In this document: one piece after another, positions 16,301 through 28,339 of the stretch
Numbering within the stretch: position 1 is the first letter of the stretch
Layout: each line of letters begins with the position of its first letter
Origin: Octopus sinensis
Lineage: Eukaryota
Reading direction: 5' to 3'
Assembly (NCBI RefSeq): GCF_006345805.1
Contig: NC_043010.1
Location: 24,800,001 to 24,864,000 of the forward strand
DNA length: 64,000 nucleotides
Made by a program: the position numbers and the translations under genes
Notes under the pieces: model-generated
Databases searched by the model: none
Told to the model about the DNA's origin: nothing
Seen by the model: the letters and a program-made list of their open reading frames with translations, nothing else

Positions 16301-19092
16301 CAACAAAACCAACAACCTCACCAACAACGACACCGACAACAACACCAACAACTACACCAACAACCACACCAACGACAACACCAACAACAATACCTACAAC
16401 CACTCCAACCACCACACCAACAACAACAGCTACAACCACGCCAACAACCACACCAACATCCTCACCAACAACAACACCTACTACCACACCTACAACCTCA
16501 CCAACAACCACACCTACAACCTCTCCAACCACAACACCAACAACTACACCAACAACCACACCAACAACAACACCTACAACTACAGCAACAACTTCATCAA
16601 CAACCACATCTACAACCACACCAACAACAACACCAACAACAACACCTACAACCACGCCAACAACCACTCCAACAACCACACCTACAACCATGCCTCCAAG
16701 CACACCAACAACAATACCTGCAACCACGCCAACAACAATACCAACAACACCCACAACCACACCAACAACAACACCAACAACAACACCAACAACAACACCC
16801 ACAACCACACCAACAACAACACCCACAACCACACCTACAATCACACCAACAATGACACCTACAACCACACCAACAACAACACCTACAACCACTCCTACAA
16901 CCTCACCAACAACCACACCTACAACGTCCCTAACAACCACACCAACAACAACACCTACAACCACTCTAACCACCACACCAACTACTACACCAACAACCAC
17001 ACCTACATCCACACCAACAACACCTACATCCACACCAACAACCACACCTACACCCACACCAACAACCACACCAATAACAATACCAACAACTACACCTACA
17101 ACAACACCAACTACTATACCAACAACCTCACCAACAGCCACACCCACAACCTCACCAACAACCACACCAACAACTACACCTACAACTACTTCAACCACCA
17201 CACCAACAACAACACCTGCAACCACACCAAGTCCTACACCATCAACCACACCTACATCCACACCAACAACACCTACAACCACACCAACAACAACACCTAC
17301 AACCACACCAACAACCACCCCTACAACCACCGCCTCATCAACGTTATCTACTCTTTATTGCACTACATATTCTCTGACCTCTCTTGTTCCTACATCTGCT
17401 ACTTCATCCGTTTTCTCAATTCCAACCTCTCTGCTACCCTCGAGTGGAACTACCTATTTGTCTACTTCCGTTTTCGCTTCCACTATTTCTTCTCTCATTA
17501 GTACAACCACACCAACCACCCCAGAATCTACAACTCCAATCACTACCCCCACAACGCCAACAACATCACCAACAACAACGCCATCATCACCAGCAACAAC
17601 GTCAATCTCAACTCCAACAACATCTCCAACATCCTCACCAACAACCACAGCAACAACCACACTATCACTAGCTCCAACTACAACACCTTCAACAACACCT
17701 ACTACCACTCCAACAACGGCACCCACATCAACAAACAGTTCTTTTGCAACCAACAGTACCTCTGCAGCAAACAGTACCTCTGCAGCAAACAGTACCTCTG
17801 CAGCAAACAGTACCTCTGCAGCAAACAGTTCCCCAGCAGCAATACCATCTGAAGCCCCCACAAATATTTTTTTGGCCCCCAGTCCTCCTCCTTTCAAAGC
17901 CTTTACTCAATTACCTTATTTCACTATATTGAATCTGTCGGATGGTTTTGCTATATACTGCTATACAAATGTACCTAGTTCGGCTACAGAGCCTTCAAAA
18001 CCGTCTCAAAGTGAACCCGTATCCTCTGATTTCACGTCCGATGTCACTACTCCTCTGACGACATCAAAAGCGCCTTTGACCACAGTTTCGTCTGAGTTAT
18101 CCACCCCTAGTTATGAAACAACGCTTTTGGAAACTTCTTCGCCGTTGTTAACAACTCCAACAACAGCTACGCCTACCACGCCATCTACAGAACAAACTAC
18201 ATCCACTCCAACACCGATAACTACACCAACAACCATACGACCAACAACACTAATAACAACAGCAACCACCATGCCAGTAACAACAACACCAACAGCATCG
18301 CCAACAACAACACCAATATCTACGCCAACAGCAGCGACAACTATGCCAACAATCACGTCAACAACAACTACGCCTACCACGCCATCTACAGTACAAACTA
18401 CATCCACTCCAACACCGATAACTACACCAACAACATTAATAACAACAGCAACCGCCATGCCAGCAACAACGCCTGCAACAACAACACCAACACAATCGCC
18501 AACAACAACACCAACTACCATGCCAACTACCACACCAACAACAACACAAACTACCACACCAACCACCCCTTTTGCAACATTTTCTAGTGCAACAACTACA
18601 ACGTTTGACCAAAGTACAGCTGCAGTTCCTTTATATTCCAGAGTTAAGCTGTGGAAGGTGAATTCGAAATACGTCAGACGTTGCCGTTGTAAATTTCGTA
18701 AATGTCGCCGTTTACATAGTCAGAGTCGACCCCCTTGTCTTTGCATATCGCGACATCTTAGACGTTGTCAATGTCTCAGTAGGGTGAGAAAATTTCGTCG
18801 TTCTCCTACTTTGCGAAAACATCCTCACCGTCGTAGTCACAGACGAATTCACTTCAACCGTCGTTTCCCTCCGCGTCGCAATGCCTCTCGTCACAACACT
18901 CGACGAGGCTACCTACCACCCCGTCGCCGTTCACGAAACCGCATCTCACAAAGGCGAACTTCGCCTCGTTACCCTCTACGTACGCGTTGTCATCACGGTG
19001 GCTCTCGTAGTGTTGACTCTTCAAGAATAAGCCACACCTCAAGACGTCATTTCCAAGTGTTGTCTCAACATTATACGCCACCACAAAGTTAA
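1336..19092 (+). CDS. Gene 1: giant terminal coding exon of a mucin-like protein (5 Cys6 modules + Arg/Ile block + ~5,000 aa Pro/Thr repeat + Ser/Thr region + Arg-rich Cys tail); frameshifted in this assembly
   Basis: The frame is open from 1299. Phase-1 acceptors sit at tgtag|1336 (after a pyrimidine tract) and tttcag|1387. ORFs 1422-6188, 10352-12136 and 16690-19092 share the same PTT content, with non-repetitive unique ends. Stop at 19090-19092 and AATAAA at 19407. No signal peptide is in the window, so the 5' exons lie upstream. Confidence 0.8.
1458..2147 (+). other. Five tandem Cys6 modules (C-X15-C-X3-C-X4/5-C-X4-C-X-C) in gene 1
   Basis: [33 protein letters not shown]; [34 protein letters not shown]; [33 protein letters not shown]; [33 protein letters not shown]; [33 protein letters not shown]. 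Confidence 0.9.
2600..17330 (+). repeat. Coding A/C-rich tandem repeat (ACA/ACC/CCA/CCT codons; PTTT units), ~14.7 kb
   Basis: Direct reading; + strand almost devoid of G; encodes TTPTTTP. Confidence 0.97.
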
Positions 19093-19406
19093 ATTCGCTT
19101 TGACCGGGTTTACTCTGACGATCACAACTGAATACAACCCCAAATTTAATAACACCTGGACTTTGTGGGATAAGTAGTATTTTGTTCGGTCATATAGCAA
19201 CGACTTTCCCAAGGTCAGCATTTTGGGAATATAATCTAATTAAATATAAACCCAAGAAAACAAGCCCCACTGCCAACATTCAGATTAAACGAACATTTCC
19301 TTGCTAACTTTATTCCTATGCAAGTAACTCGTTCTCATGTACTAAGTGAATTCTATAAAGTTCTTTTTTTTTGCAACCATTAGACTGCATTCAAAGGCAC
19401 AATTTC

Positions 19407-19412
19407 AATAAA
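19407..19412 (+). terminator. Candidate polyadenylation signal of gene 1
   Basis: AATAAA ~315 nt after the stop codon. Confidence 0.45.
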
Positions 19413-19860
19413 CAACTAGAAAATCTATTCAACATTCAAGCTGATGAAATAAAATTGGGTGATAAACATGCCCACATCTTACACTTTTTACCGTGGAATA
19501 TCTAATACTTTATATATATATAAATGAACTAGTTACAAAATGGCCATTTAAAAAATTCAATTGTACGGTATTTTCAACGAAAGTTGTAAAGAATGTTAGC
19601 GGAATTGCTGCGCATACCTTTTGTTTGTATGTTACAATTAACTTTCAACATATTTGGTATGGATTTTCTTTATGTTAATTAACTTTTTCCTCTTCGGTTA
19701 CTTATGAAATTTTATCATTCATTATCGCTGGTTGCACTCATTAGACAGCGGCCACGCTGTGGCACTGCTATAAAGGGTTATAGTCAATCATACCGATGCC
19801 AGTACTTATTAAGATGTTATACGTAACCTATATTAGCAATCTAAGTATATATATATATAA

Positions 19861-20390
19861 TAGAAATATTAAAATTACTAAATCTCTCTAAAGGAGATTA
19901 CGGCAGCGTTACTGGATATTAATAGTTATCGCCAAACTAATATGGCAGTCCATAAATATAAGACTAAAGCTGTCGCTGATTAGCTCCAAGAGGCCATCGC
20001 CTCTAGCTAGCTATATGACACACGAACCTGCGTCCATTACAACCTTCGAACAGGGGAGGTCAGCCGCTTCACCTTGCTGGTCAGACATCTGCAGACATGC
20101 TTCAGGGTTGTTGCCCTTTATCAATAAAATCTTCGAACAGACGGTCGGTAGCGACACCTGCTGGGTTTGACTATGCTGCATTGATAAAGGGCAACAACCC
20201 TGAAACATGTCTGCAGATGTCTGACCAGCAAGGTGAAGCGGCTGACCTCCCCTGTTCGAAGGTTGTAATGGACGCAGGTTCGTGTGTCATATAGCTAGCT
20301 AGAGGCGATGGCCTCTTGGAGCTAATCAGCGACAGCTTTAGTCTTATATTTATGGACTGCCATATAGTTTGGCGATAACTATTTATAATA
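19861..20390. mobile_element. PLE-type terminal repeat with inverted partial copy (arms ~19917-20124 / 20180-20385), flanked by (TA)n
   Basis: Near-perfect ~205 bp inverted arms; homologous to 42050-42590; contains a hammerhead motif. Confidence 0.7.
20176..20216 (+). ncRNA. Minimal type-I hammerhead ribozyme motif (variant core)
   Basis: ctgca-TTGATAA-aggg caacaa ccct-GAAA-CATG-TC-tgcag: stem I 5 bp, stem II 4 bp, palindromic stem III ACATGT, GUC site. Confidence 0.6.
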
Positions 20391-20440
20391 TTATATATAT
20401 TATATATATATATTATATATATTATATATATATATATATA

Positions 20441-21713
20441 AATTATTAGAGAGTTATCCACTATGTGGATAACTCTAGTGCTAAAAATAGCTCCGAAGCA
20501 ACCACAGAAGATTTGTTTCCAACTAGAATCAACATACATTAACGTAAGGAAAGTGAAATACAACGAATAAAATAGATTGACTCATACAATTGTTTCATTA
20601 CTAATGTAAATGTAGTTTTACTTACACTTACATCTATAAATCTTCGTAGAGTTTGTCAGAAATGCAATTAATTAGATCGATTCGAGCGTCAAAAACACGA
20701 GCGGTCCAACCAATTACATTTTTAGTTATGTCTCAAATTCCGCGCCAAAAAGCAGGCCTAGACTCATTGGAAACGTATGCCGCATCAAATAAAATATTGA
20801 CTGCCGCGTAGTTAAATTTATAAAATTATAAATGAGGGTGAAAAATCGATATTAATTTACTAATACCATTAATTTAACACCAAGTGGCTTAGCACAAAAA
20901 ACTACGGAGAAAATACAAATTTATACATAAATTATTAGAGAGTTATCCACTATGTGGATAACTCTAGTGCTAAAAATAGCTCCGAAGCAACCACAGAAGA
21001 TTTGTTTCCAACTAGAATCAACATACATTTAACGTAAGGAAAGTGAAATACAACGAATAAAATAGATTGACTCTATACAATTGTTTCATTACTAATGTAA
21101 TATGTAGTTTTACTTACACTTACATCTATAAATCTTCGGTAGAGTTTGTCGTGCTAAGCCACTTGGTGTTAAATTAATGGTATTAGTAAATTAATATCGA
21201 TTTTTCACCCTCATTTATAATTTTATAAATTTAACTACGCGGCAGTCAATATTTTATTTGATGCGGCATACGTTTCCAATGGAGTCTAGGCATGCTTTTG
21301 GCGCGGAATTTGAGACATAACTAAAAATGTAATTGGTTGGACCGCTCGTGTTTTTGACGCTCGAATCGATCTAATTAATTGCATTTCTGACAAACTCTAC
21401 CGAAGATTTATAGATGTAAGTGTAAGTAAAACTACATATTACATTAGTAATGAAACAATTGTATAGAGTCAATCTATTTTATTCGTTGTATTTCACTTTC
21501 CTTACGTTAAATGTATGTTGATTCTAGTTGGAAACAAATCTTCTGTGGTTGCTTCGGAGCTATTTTTAGCACTAGAGTTATCCACATAGTGGATAACTCT
21601 CTAATAATTTATGTATAAATTTGTATTTTCTCCGTAGTTTTTTGTGCTAAGCCACTTGGTGTTAAATTAATGGTATTAGTAAATTAATATCGATTTTTCA
21701 CCCTCATTTATAA

Positions 21714-21715
<2 letters not shown>
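20441..21715. mobile_element. ~490-bp unit in tandem (20441-20930, partial 20931-21150), then inverted and circularly permuted (21151-21715); PLE-terminal-repeat-like; flanked by (TA)n
   Basis: Direct comparison of copies; internal perfect hairpin agagttatccac-tat-gtggataactct; hammerhead-like motif at 21394-21469. Confidence 0.7.
21394..21469 (+). ncRNA. Hammerhead-like motif (U4C core variant, imperfect stem II)
   Basis: actcta-CCGAAGA-...-GAAA-CAATT-GTA-tagagt; stem III palindrome ACAATTGT. Confidence 0.45.
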
Positions 21716-21755
<40 letters not shown>

Positions 21756-21809
21756 TGGTGTGTGTAATAGAATAAGAATAAGAATAAGAATAAGAATAAG
21801 AATCCTTTA

Positions 21810-21988
21810 TATTATGAGCACAAGGCCTGAAATTTTTGTGGGGAGGTGACAAGTCGATTACACCGATCCCAGTGTTTCACTGGTACTTAATTCATCGACC
21901 TCGAAAGGGTGAAAAGCAAAGTCGAGCCCCGGCGGAATTTGAACCCAGAACGTGAAGGCAGACGAAATGCCGCTAAGCTCGCCGCTCT

Positions 21989-21990
<2 letters not shown>
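21810..21990 (-). mobile_element. tRNA-derived SINE (family B: ...gagttcaaattccgccgaggtcgactttgcc...)
   Basis: Matches the other family B copies in the window. Confidence 0.75.
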
Positions 21991-22044
<54 letters not shown>

Positions 22045-22541
22045 CTATGGGATTTATAAATATTTTAATGCATTGCTCTGAGCCTGAGGATATGAACGCG
22101 GAAACATGATCAACACGGTGTCCATGCATACTATGGATTGTATTATAAGCATCCCAGGATTATGGACTATTATTGTAAGAAACATGTGATTTGTGGAAAC
22201 GCGCGTAGCGATGCATTAAAATATTGATAATTTCCACTCATGGTTTATTATCATTATTATTGTTGTTGTTGTTGTGTTGTTATTATTATTATTATTATCA
22301 TAACGGCACAGCTCTGTACAACTCCCAAAACCTGATATTGCCAGTTGGTGCCACTAAGCTGTAGCCTGCATAATAAAATAGGAGCTTTTATTTGCATATT
22401 AAAATACATTTGCTGTAAACGAAGAAGGATATAAATAATATGTGTGTGCGTGCGCGCGTGCGTAGTGCGTGTGAGTGCGTGTGTGTGCGTGCGCGTGAGC
22501 GTTTCAGTGTGTGTATATATATATATATATATATCTTTATA

Positions 22542-22758
22542 TACATGGTTCCGGGTTCATCCCCACTGCGTAGTACCTTGGGCAAGTGTCTTCTACTTTA
22601 GCCTCGGGCCGACCAAAGCCTTGTGAGTGGATTTGGTGGACGGAAACCGAAAGAAGCTCGTCGTATGTGTGTGTGTGTGTGTGCATGTATTTGTTATTTA
22701 TGTCTGTGTGTCACCCCACAATCGCTTAACAACCGATGTTGGTATGTTTACGTCCCCG
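22542..22758 (+). mobile_element. tRNA-derived SINE (family A: catggttccgggttcagtcccactgcg...), partial
   Basis: Matches the full copy at 37195-37670. Confidence 0.8.
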
Positions 22759-23022
22759 GTGATTCAGGTAATACGCTTCCTTCTTTCTCTAACTCACACT
22801 GAGTGTTGTGGACAAAAGATCTTGCAACTTTCAAACAACGAGAAATTTCTAAATCCCCATGCTTAGTCTTCACAGATACCATCACAGCATGCCTTTTCAT
22901 GTCGTTAGTAATCATAGGGCCTGTCATTATTATTTTCTGAAAGAGAAGTTCAATAGAAATTAGTCAAGCAAAATAATAACTAAAAATATAAGTCCTCAAA
23001 TATCGTCCGCACCCTGTATATA

Positions 23023-24100
23023 CAGGAGTTGGACAAAATAATAGAAATACCTTAAAATTTCAAACAAATTTATTTTGATATGCGGTAGGACTATCTTTGG
23101 CAGTAATTACATCTTGGATTCTACGAGGTATGGACTAGTGCAAAGTTTGAATTTTTTCCAAAGGAATTTTTCTCTATTCTTCAGCTAAAACAGTCTCCAG
23201 TTCTTGTAGTGATGATGGTGGAGGATATCGACTCCTTACTTGTTTTTCTAAAACGCACCATATATGTTCAGTAATATTGAGATCTGGGGACTGTGGTGGC
23301 CAGATAAGATGTTCAACTTCACCAGAATGTTCCTCGTGCCATTCAGTAACAACTTTAGCTGTGTGAATTGGTGCATTATCATCCTGAAAGATTGCGATTC
23401 CCTCTAAAAACAATTCTGCAACCATAGGATGAATTTGAACAGATAAAATGCTTAAATAGTGTTGACTATTAATTCTGCCACGAAAGGAAACCATTAGGCC
23501 GGCGGATTTCCGAGATATAGCCCCCCCCCCCCCCAATCATCACAGATCCTCCTCCATGTTTAACAGTTGGAAGAAGGCAGTCTGGGTCAAATGCTTCTTT
23601 TGGCTGTCTCCACACGTATACTCGGCCAGTGGTCGGAAATAAGGTAAAGAATGACTCGTCTGAGAAAATAACATTCTTCCACTACTCTAGGGACCAATTC
23701 TGCAGGTTTTTACTCCACTCTAAACGCTTTGAAACGTTTGTTTTTAAAAGTAGTAGTTTTTCTGATTGCAGCCCTTCCGTGAAATCCGGCTTTGTGCAGC
23801 TCCTGGCGCACAGTTTTTGTGGGAACTGGGTTCTCAAGGTGGTGATTAAGTTCTGCAGTAATTTTGGGAGCTGTTCTTTTGTGATCCTTTATAACAGCTC
23901 ACGTAAGATCCCAACGGTCCCTATCTGAAGGTTTTGGTTTTCTTCCGGAGTTTTGTTTCGACGAGAAGGTTTTTCCCTCTTTCTCAAAGGCTGTAATTAC
24001 TTTCGAGACAGTACTTCTTGATACACCAAGTATGGCGCCTGCCATATGAGCACCATCAATTTGACCTCTTTGAAAGTCCGATATATTAGTGTATCTTACT
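23023..24100 (-). mobile_element. Tc1-like DNA transposon remnant with degenerate DD34E transposase
   Basis: TA|caggagttggacaaaata terminus; FQDDNAPIH and WPPQSPDLNITEHIW motifs (ORF 23174-23536); no second TIR found. Confidence 0.85.
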
Positions 24101-24142
24101 CTAGTATTGCATTACTAAATTATATATATATATGTATGTATG

Positions 24143-24204
<62 letters not shown>

Positions 24205-24414
24205 TGTATGTATAATAAATCTCTGAGCGAAGTTGAAGATGGAAAGGATGGCTTCCCTTTGCAAATACTGATAGAGCAAAGAAAGTGTGTCAATAGCCAG
24301 CTGGAGGAGGTGTGTTCCAGGGGCTACAAGCTACTGTTGCATCCATCCTTAAGTGTTAGCCACATTTAAGTGGCAAATATTCTTCACGATATATATATTA
24401 TATATATATATTCT

Positions 24415-24625
24415 TCTATTCTTTTACTTGTTTCAATCATTTGACTGCGACTATGCTGGAGCACCGTTTTAGTCGAACAAATCGACCCCAGGACTTATTC
24501 TTTGTAAGCTTAGTACTTATTGCATCGGTCTCTTTTTGCCGAACCACTAAGTTACGGAGACGTAAACACACCAACATCAGTTGTCAAGCGATTTTGGGGG
24601 GACAAACACAGACACACAAACATAT
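24415..24625 (-). mobile_element. SINE family A, 3' half
   Basis: cttgtttcaatcatttgactgcg...gctggagcacc tail. Confidence 0.75.
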
Positions 24626-24626
24626 A

Positions 24627-24674
<48 letters not shown>

Positions 24675-24778
24675 GATTTCGCTTAGCAACAATGATACTA
24701 ATGCTTAGTTGTCAGAACTCAATAAACACATTCTTTAGAATATAGCCTCAAAGACTGCTGTAAGCTAAGATTGATTGA

Positions 24779-25260
<482 letters not shown>

Positions 25261-25360
25261 TTTGATTTATAGGTAAAAAATATACATATATACATAAGTA
25301 TGTGTATATGTATATGCATACAAACACGCACACACACAGACACACATACGCACACACGTA

Positions 25361-25427
<67 letters not shown>

Positions 25428-25927
25428 AGCACAGCACACACCGTACAGTGAAATGTAGTTTCCATTACATGACGGATCGCAAGAACAGCTGAACGCTGGT
25501 TTCACACTTGAATGCTTGAAAAGGCACTAACAACCGTTTTTGAAGGAGAAATGCTCTCGCTTCTATTTTAAAATACTCGGTTTGTGTTTTAATTACTTTA
25601 TATCAATAAAAGTTATAAAATAAACATAAAGATAATTTATCAGAAGAACATTAAACGTAAATACTTTACTAAACTCCATTATTTTTTTTTATTTTATTCA
25701 ATTATACTCTTAAACAGTATTTTTTATATTGTTCTTTTTTTTTATTCTTCTGCTATTCTTTTTGTCTTTTGTTTTACCATCTTTTGACGGTCTGGTGCTA
25801 TTTCCTTTTTGGATAGTTTAATAATTTTGTTTTTATTCGGGAGAGGGGGTTGCTTTTTTGCTTGTATGTTTGTTGTTGCTGTTGTTGTTTGTTTTTGTCT
25901 TCTTTTTTTTCTCAAACTCAAAAGTTG

Positions 25928-25934
25928 TATAAAT
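25928..25934 (+). promoter_or_regulatory. Candidate TATA box of gene 2
   Basis: TATAAAT ~175 nt upstream of ATG 26105, followed by a UTR-like stretch without ATG. Confidence 0.45.
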
Positions 25935-26104
25935 TCCAGCTAGAGAGAGACACCTGCCGTCAAAGAGAAGCTGACGCTCACCAAAGTTGTCGTCTTGAAA
26001 AGCTTTGGGTGTCTTCCTCTTCCTAATTTACAAAACAAAAAAAGAAAACAAATAATAGTAATCGTAATAATAATAACCGAAAGCTTTACTAAAATCTCAA
26101 AGCT

Positions 26105-26236
26105 ATGATTAAACCAACGTCTACTTCGCTTCTGATCTTGAATCAGTTTCTACATGTCGCATTCTTCATGCTATGTGCAGCATCATTTTCCAATGCGTTA
26201 ATCACTTTCCAATCACCAGACAAGGATCTTTGCAAT
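26105..26236 (+). CDS. Gene 2 exon 1: signal peptide + start of mature chain
   Basis: MIKPTSTSLLILNQFLHVAFFMLCAASFSNA/LITFQSPDKDLCN followed by a consensus phase-0 donor aat|GTAAGT. Confidence 0.65.
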
Positions 26237-26354
26237 GTAAGTGTCACAAATTCTTACCTTTTATTTGTTTATTCTTATACTGATTTTTGTTTTTTATTCA
26301 CTAAGATATTTGAGCACAGATATGGTCTGTTGTTTAGTCTTCTGGAGAAAAGAA

Positions 26355-27830
26355 TATTCTTTTCTACTCTAGGCACAAGGCTCGAAATTTTGGGGGAGAG
26401 AGGGCCAGTCGATTAGATCGAACCCAGTACGCAATTGATACTTAATTCATCGACCCCGAAAGGATGAAAGGCAAAGTCGACCTCGGCAGAATTTGAATTC
26501 AGAACGTAAAGACAGACGAAATACCGCTCAGCATTTCACCTGGCGTGCTAACGTTTCTGTCAGCTCGCCGCTTTACTGGGGAAAAATATCCTTTTCTGCT
26601 CTAGGCACAAAGCCTGAAATTTGGGGGGAGGGGGCCAGTCGATTAGATTGACCCCAGTACGCATCTGGTATTTAATTTATCGGCCCCGAAAGAATGAAAG
26701 GCAGAGTCAAAAATACTTGCTGTTTGATAATTTAAAACTGCTGTACAGACAAGAACCTCCTTACACCATGTAAATTGTACTTTTTTTTACATGAATGCAT
26801 TCCTTCCACTTGTAATTATTTGTCTTCCATTTTTCTGTTATATATTACATTATTGTCCACAGGGGGCTAAATATAGACGGGACAAACAAAGGGATTAAGT
26901 TGATTATATCGACCCCAGTGCGTAACTGGTACTTATTTAATTGACTACTACAGGATGAAAGGCAAAGTCGACCTCGGCGGAATTTTGAACTCAGAACGTA
27001 GCAATAGACGAAATACTGCTAAGCATTACGCCCGGCGCGATAACGATTCTGCCAGCTTGCTGCCTTAATAAGTATTATAATATTTATCTCTTTAATGCCC
27101 ATGGGATGGGGGCTAAATATAGAGGGAACACACAAGGACAGACAACGAGATTAAGTCGATTATATCGACACCAGTGTATAACTGGTACTTATTTAATTGA
27201 CCACGAAAGAATGAAAGGCAAAGTCGACCTCGGCAGAATTTGAACTCAGAACGTAACGGCAGACGAAATCCCGTTAAGCATTTCGCCCGGCGTGCTAATG
27301 TTTCTTATTTCTTTACTGCCCACAAGGGGCTAAACGCAGGGGGGACAAAGAAGGACAGACAAACGGATTAAGTCGATTATATCGACACCAGTGCGTAACA
27401 GGTACTTATTTAATCGACCCCAAAAGGATGAAAGAGGCAAAGTCGACCTCGGCGGAATTTGAACACAGAACGTAGCGACAGACGAAATACCTATTTCTTT
27501 ACTACCCACAAGGGGCTAAACACAGAGAGGACAAACAAGGATAGAAAAACAGATTAAGTCGATTACATCGACCCAGTGTGTAACTGGTACTTATTTAATC
27601 GACCCCGAAAGGATGAAAGGCAAAGTCGACCTCGGCGAAATTTGAACTCAGAACGTAGCAGCAGACGAAATACCTATTTCTTTACTGCCCACAAGGGGCT
27701 AAACATAGAGTGGACAAACAAGGACAGACAAACAAGGACAGACAAACGGATTAAGTCGATTTGAACTCACAACGTAACGGCATTTCGTCCAGCGTGCTAA
27801 CGATTCTGTCAGCTCGCCGCCTTAGCCTGC
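26355..27830 (-). mobile_element. Cluster/concatemer of ~7-8 SINE family B units
   Basis: Repeated ggcaaagtcgacctcggcggaatttgaactcagaacgta core with ~190-bp periodicity in 27110-27780. Confidence 0.85.
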
Positions 27831-28339
27831 TCATGAAATTAACATGCAAATGGCTGAACACTCTACAGACACACGTACTCTTAATCTAGTTCTCGGGAGG
27901 ATTCAGCGTGACATGATGTGGCAAGTTTGGCTCTAGCTGACAGAATCGTTACCGCGATTAATGCGTAGCAGCATTCCGTCCGTCTTTACGTTCTGAGAGT
28001 TCAAATGCCTCCGAGATTGACTTTACCTTTCATCCTCTCGAGGTCGATAAAATAAGTACCAGTAGTACCCTGCCCCGAAACAGATGGCTTTGTGCCACAA
28101 TTTGAAGCCGATATTCCGCAGAACTATCATTGCTTACGATACTGTGTAGTAGCTTCAAAGCAGAATAGGCTTCCCTCCACAAACCCATTGGTGCCGAAAT
28201 TTTTCTCGTGAATGAAATTGCCTGAAAATTCACAGATTCTATTGTTTTGACCTAAATAACAACTGCAAAAATTTCATTTAAATCCGTTTGATAGAGACTG
28301 CATACGCGTTAAGAACATGCTTCATTCTTTGATACAGAT

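Noticed and set aside
2549-17330. Very long minus-strand VVGVVVG ORFs (up to 995 aa) and CWCGC ORFs
   Set aside because: Antisense shadows of the Thr/Pro repeat, which lacks stop codons in that frame; no unique sequence
20449-20480. TGTGGATAA (DnaA-box match) within a perfect hairpin
   Set aside because: Eukaryotic repeat context; coincidental 9-mer with no bacterial genes nearby
26860-27780. Regularly spaced repeats resembling a CRISPR array
   Set aside because: Units are ~190-bp SINE pieces with no unique spacers and no cas genes; eukaryotic DNA
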